Shown here piece after piece: positions 60,742-64,000 of a DNA stretch of 64,000 bases (its first letter is position 1; each line of letters opens with the position of its first letter). Where the stretch lies: contig JBGPFC010000005.1 of NCBI GenBank assembly GCA_041483195.1, positions 32,001-96,000 of the forward strand, in the 5' to 3' direction. Under the pieces are notes generated by a model that saw only the letters and a list, made by a program, of their open reading frames with translations, did not search any database and was not told the DNA's origin. The position numbers and the translations under genes are program-made. The stretch is from Candidatus Eiseniibacteriota bacterium (lineage in GTDB: Bacteria > Eisenbacteria > RBG-16-71-46).

Positions 60742-62609
60742 GCCGGCCTCCGCACCCGATGGGGTTCCGGCCCCGGCGCGGAAAGCGCCGCGGGTTCCGC
60801 GGGATCCGCCAGCTGCACCGCGATGCGGGCCGCGAGCGCGAGCGGGACGCGCGCGCGCCGGGCGATGTCTTCCGGCGCGACCGCGCGCAGCCCGGCGATC
60901 GATCCGAACTCGCGCAGCAGCGCGGCGCGCCGGGCGGGGCCGACCCCCGGGACCCGGTCGAGCGCGCTCGTGGTGCGCGCCCCGCCGCGCAACAGCCGAT
61001 GGTAGCCGAGCCCGAACCGATGCGCTTCGTCGCGCAGGCGCTGGAGCGTGTGCAACGCCCTGCTGCGCCTCGGGAGCCGGAGCGCCGGCGCCGTCTCCCG
61101 CACCACCGTCTCCTCGCGCTTGGCGAGACCGATCAGCGCGACCGGGCGGGTGGTCACCCGATCGAGCGCCGCGCGGGCGGCGCCCAGCTGCCCCACCCCG
61201 CCATCCACCATGACCAGGTCCGGGCGCGGCAGCTCCCCCGACTCGACGCGGATCCAGTAGCGCTCGACCGCTTCGCCGATCATCGCGAAGTCGTCGGGGC
61301 CCGGATGGCGGATGCGCATGCGCCGGTAGAGCCCCTTGCGCGCGACGCCGTTCTCGCTCGCCACCACGGCGGCCACCGCACTCTCCGCTCCGAAGTTCGA
61401 TACGTCGAAGCACACCACGCGATGGGGCGGCGCCGCGAGATCGAGCGCCTTCTGCAGCTCGAGCACGTCGGGCGCGAAGCGCGCCCGTCGCCCGGCGCGT
61501 CGCGCCTCGAGATCCTCGAGCGCGTGCGCCGCGTTGCGCTCGGCGGCCGCGACCAGCTGGCGCTCCCGCCCGCGGCGCGGCACCACCACCTCGACCGCGT
61601 GCCCGGCGCGTCGCGCGAGCGCGGCGCCCAGCACCGCGGCGCCCGCCGGCAGGTCGCCGGCCGCGATGCGGCGCGGCAGCTCGAGACGCGGCAGGTAGTG
61701 CTGGCTCAGGAAGCTCTCGAGCAGCGCCGGACCGTCGAGCGCGTCCGCGCGGTCGATCATGCGGGACTCCTTGCCCACCACGCGCCCGCCGCGCAGCAGG
61801 AGCACCGCCGCGGCCGCGCGCCGCCCGTGCCGCGCGAGCCCGACGATGTCGGTGTCGCGGCCGGAGCGGGCGACCACCTTCTGCGGCACGCGCGCGCGTT
61901 CGAGCATCTGGATCTGGTCCCGGCGGCGCGCGGCGGTCTCGAATTCGCGCGCCGCCGACGCGGCGTCCATCTCGTCCCGCAGCCGGCCGAGGAGCTCGTC
62001 GTCGCGCCCGGTGAGGAACAGGAGCAGGCCATCGACCATCCGCCGGTAGCCGGCGGCATCGATGGCCGCGCGGCTGTAGCAGGGTCCGGCGCAGCGCCGG
62101 ATGTGATAGTAGAGACAGGGCCGGTCGGCACGCCGGTAGTCCTCGAAGTTGCGGCAGGTGCGGAGCGGAAAGATGCGCCGGATCTCGCGCAGCGTGCGCC
62201 GCAGTCGCTTGACGTCGACGTAGGGCCCGAGGTAACGCGCGCCGTCGTCGCGGACGTGGCGCGTGACGGCCACGCGCGGGAATTCCTCATGCACGCTGAT
62301 TCTTACGTATGGAAAACTCTTGTCGTCCTTCAACAGGATGTTGTAATGGGGCCGGTGCTGCCGGATCAGGGTCGATTCGAGGAGCAGCGCCTCGACCTCG
62401 GTGTCGGTCAGGATGCTGTCGACGTCTGCCGCCAGGGACATGAGCTCCTGCAGGCGGGAGTCGCCGAGGTCGCTCGCGAGGTAGCTGCGAACGCGCTGGG
62501 CCAGGCTCTTCGCCTTGCCGACGTAGAGCACCCGTCCGGCGGCGTCCTTGAAGAGGTAAACCCCCGGAGCCGCGGGGAGATTCAGCACTTTTTCGCTCAA
62601 AGCGCTCAC
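60738..62609 (-). CDS. uvrC: Excinuclease ABC subunit C
   Basis: PGVYLF, YVGKAKSL, YNILLKDDKSFPY, CFDVSN, DDFAM, VDGG, RDEAHRF, HhH motifs. Confidence 0.97.
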   Translation of the reverse strand: MSALSEKVLNLPAAPGVYLFKDAAGRVLYVGKAKSLAQRVRSYLASDLGDSRLQELMSLAADVDSILTDTEVEALLLESTLIRQHRPHYNILLKDDKSFPYVRISVHEEFPRVAVTRHVRDDGARYLGPYVDVKRLRRTLREIRRIFPLRTCRNFEDYRRADRPCLYYHIRRCAGPCYSRAAIDAAGYRRMVDGLLLFLTGRDDELLGRLRDEMDAASAAREFETAARRRDQIQMLERARVPQKVVARSGRDTDIVGLARHGRRAAAAVLLLRGGRVVGKESRMIDRADALDGPALLESFLSQHYLPRLELPRRIAAGDLPAGAAVLGAALARRAGHAVEVVVPRRGRERQLVAAAERNAAHALEDLEARRAGRRARFAPDVLELQKALDLAAPPHRVVCFDVSNFGAESAVAAVVASENGVARKGLYRRMRIRHPGPDDFAMIGEAVERYWIRVESGELPRPDLVMVDGGVGQLGAARAALDRVTTRPVALIGLAKREETVVRETAPALRLPRRSRALHTLQRLRDEAHRFGLGYHRLLRGGARTTSALDRVPGVGPARRAALLREFGSIAGLRAVAPEDIARRARVPLALAARIAVQLADPAEPAALSAPGPEPHRVRRPA

Positions 62610-62747
62610 GGGCGCCTCCGTACCACCAGTGGGGATACGCGAAGCAAGGACACTACACCCCTGGAGTGAACCCCGCAATCGCCTTCACGCATCCGCGACG
62701 GCGCGCGCCGCGGCCCGGCGTTCGCCGCGCGCGCAGACCCTGCGGCC

Positions 62748-62777
62748 TTGACACCACGCGCGCCCCGCTCGTATCGT
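62748..62777 (+). promoter_or_regulatory. Sigma-70 promoter of rpsT
   Basis: TTGACA, 18-nt spacer, TATCGT. Confidence 0.6.
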
Positions 62778-62819
62778 CGCCGGGCTTTTCAGCGATGACG
62801 ATCCCCAAGGAGGAACTGC

Positions 62820-63077
62820 ATGCCGCATCACAAATCCGCGGCCAAGCGGGTGCTGACGAACGAGAAGGCCCGGCAGCGCAATGTCGCGGCCCGGACTCGT
62901 CTCCGCTCCGCCCTCAGGCTGGTGCGGGCCGCGACGACGCGCGCCGAAGGCGACGCCGCGTATCGCGCGGCGGTCAAGATGCTCGACCGCACCGCATCGA
63001 AGGGCATTATCAAGAGGGAGACCGCCAGCCGGCAGAAATCGCGGCTGGCCAGCTTCACCCAAAAGCTTCCGGCCTGA
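62820..63077 (+). CDS. rpsT: 30S ribosomal protein S20
   Basis: MPHHKSAAKR...RN...DRTASKGII...RQKSRL; AGGAGG SD. Confidence 0.95.
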   Translation: MPHHKSAAKRVLTNEKARQRNVAARTRLRSALRLVRAATTRAEGDAAYRAAVKMLDRTASKGIIKRETASRQKSRLASFTQKLPA

Positions 63078-63084
63078 GGCCGAG

Positions 63085-63513
63085 ATGCGTTCGACCGTGG
63101 CCGCGCTGCTCGCGGCCAGCCTCACGCTCACGCTCGTTTCGCCGGCCGCCTGCGCTCCCGCGCTGGCGGCCGATCCATTTACGGAAGTCCCGCTCCCTCC
63201 CCCGACCCGGCACGCTTACGGCTGGGCGATCCTCACCTTCGTCGCGGGCGCCGGTCTGATCGGCACGTCATTCGGACTCTCGGACCACGCCAATCAGGAA
63301 TATGCCGAATACCGGCGGGCCACCGATCCGGGGCGCATCTCCAGCCTCTACGACGCGGCTGTGCACGACGACCGGCTCTCGACGGCCTCCTTGCTCGCCG
63401 GCGAGGTCATGATCGGGGCGAGCCTCTACATCGGATTCCTGCGCAGGACCGACGCGCCGCGACTCTCCATCGCATTGGGGCCGGAACGATGCGCCCTGGC
63501 GCTGCGCTTCTAG
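63085..63513 (+). CDS. Hypothetical membrane protein
   Basis: Signal peptide, two hydrophobic helices, C-terminal LALRF. Confidence 0.65.
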   Translation: MRSTVAALLAASLTLTLVSPAACAPALAADPFTEVPLPPPTRHAYGWAILTFVAGAGLIGTSFGLSDHANQEYAEYRRATDPGRISSLYDAAVHDDRLSTASLLAGEVMIGASLYIGFLRRTDAPRLSIALGPERCALALRF

Positions 63514-64000
63514 TCCTCGCGCTGCTCGCGGGGTGCAGCAGCCGCGAGCATTCCAATCCATTCGACCCATTGAATCCCGTCACGCGCGGCCGCCCGGCCG
63601 GCTTCGCGGCCATCGCGGGCTCCGGTCTCGTGCAATTGCGCTGGACGCCGCCGCCGATCGAGGGGGATTTCGGATACCAGGCCTACCGTCGCGCGCAGAA
63701 CGACAGCGTGTTCCGGCCGGTGGGCATGCTGCTGCCGGGCAGTCAATCGTCGCTGCTCGACTTCGGGCTCACGAATGGGCTGCGCTACGACTACCGCCTC
63801 TACTTCGTGTTTTCGGGCGTGCTCGGGGGTCTGCCGGCGGAGGATCACTCGACGCCGGGATTCCTGCGGCCGTGGCTCGCCGATCTCGCGCGTCACTCGC
63901 TGATCGAGCTCACGCCGGACGGGCGGCAGATCGCCTTCGAATCGAGCGGCTTCTACGGACCGACCGGCGTGGCCGCGGACCCGCGCACCGGCTGGGTGTG
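63489..64000 (+). CDS. Lipoprotein with FN3-like domain and start of an NHL/beta-propeller region (3' truncated)
   Basis: Translated by hand: MRPGAALLVLALLAGCSSREHSNPFDP...VQLRW...GYQAYR...LTNGLRYDYRL...GPTGVAADP; lipobox LAGC. Confidence 0.75.
   Translation, partial: MRPGAALLVLALLAGCSSREHSNPFDPLNPVTRGRPAGFAAIAGSGLVQLRWTPPPIEGDFGYQAYRRAQNDSVFRPVGMLLPGSQSSLLDFGLTNGLRYDYRLYFVFSGVLGGLPAEDHSTPGFLRPWLADLARHSLIELTPDGRQIAFESSGFYGPTGVAADPRTGWV

Overview
This is 64 kb of very GC-rich, densely coding chromosomal DNA from a diderm bacterium. Gene content and sequence style suggest Candidatus Eisenbacteria or a related FCB-adjacent lineage (inference only). Most genes are core: aroC/aroF, tRNA-Val-thrS, infC-rpmI-rplT-pheS-pheT, zapB-zapA-6S RNA-rny, xseAB-ispA-dxs-nadK-recN-trpEGDCFB, tRNA-Arg, a WbpB/D/E-like sugar cluster, a sigma-54 two-component system, lptE-holA-leuS, then a minus-strand uvrC-xerD-SNF2-GH57 block and rpsT. 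I saw no prophage, IS element or CRISPR array. Most notable observations: (1) a GAF-GGDEF enzyme with the Hypr-GGDEF (3',3'-cGAMP synthase) signature residues, behind a sigma-54 promoter; (2) an unannotated 27-aa Trp/Tyr/Phe-rich leader peptide with antiterminator and terminator upstream of DAHP synthase; (3) an in-frame YmdB phosphodiesterase-FolD fusion; (4) an exosortase-H-like gene pair, plus two lipoproteins ending in a (S/T)WGxxKxxYR-like C-terminal motif; (5) a 28-bp dif site where gene orientation switches; (6) a Firmicutes-type L20 leader and an AUU start on infC; (7) a Tudor-SNF2/YqhG-like pair co-transcribed with uvrC and xerD; (8) sigma-70 promoters embedded in pheT and recN. All calls come from reading the sequence by eye; no searches were run.
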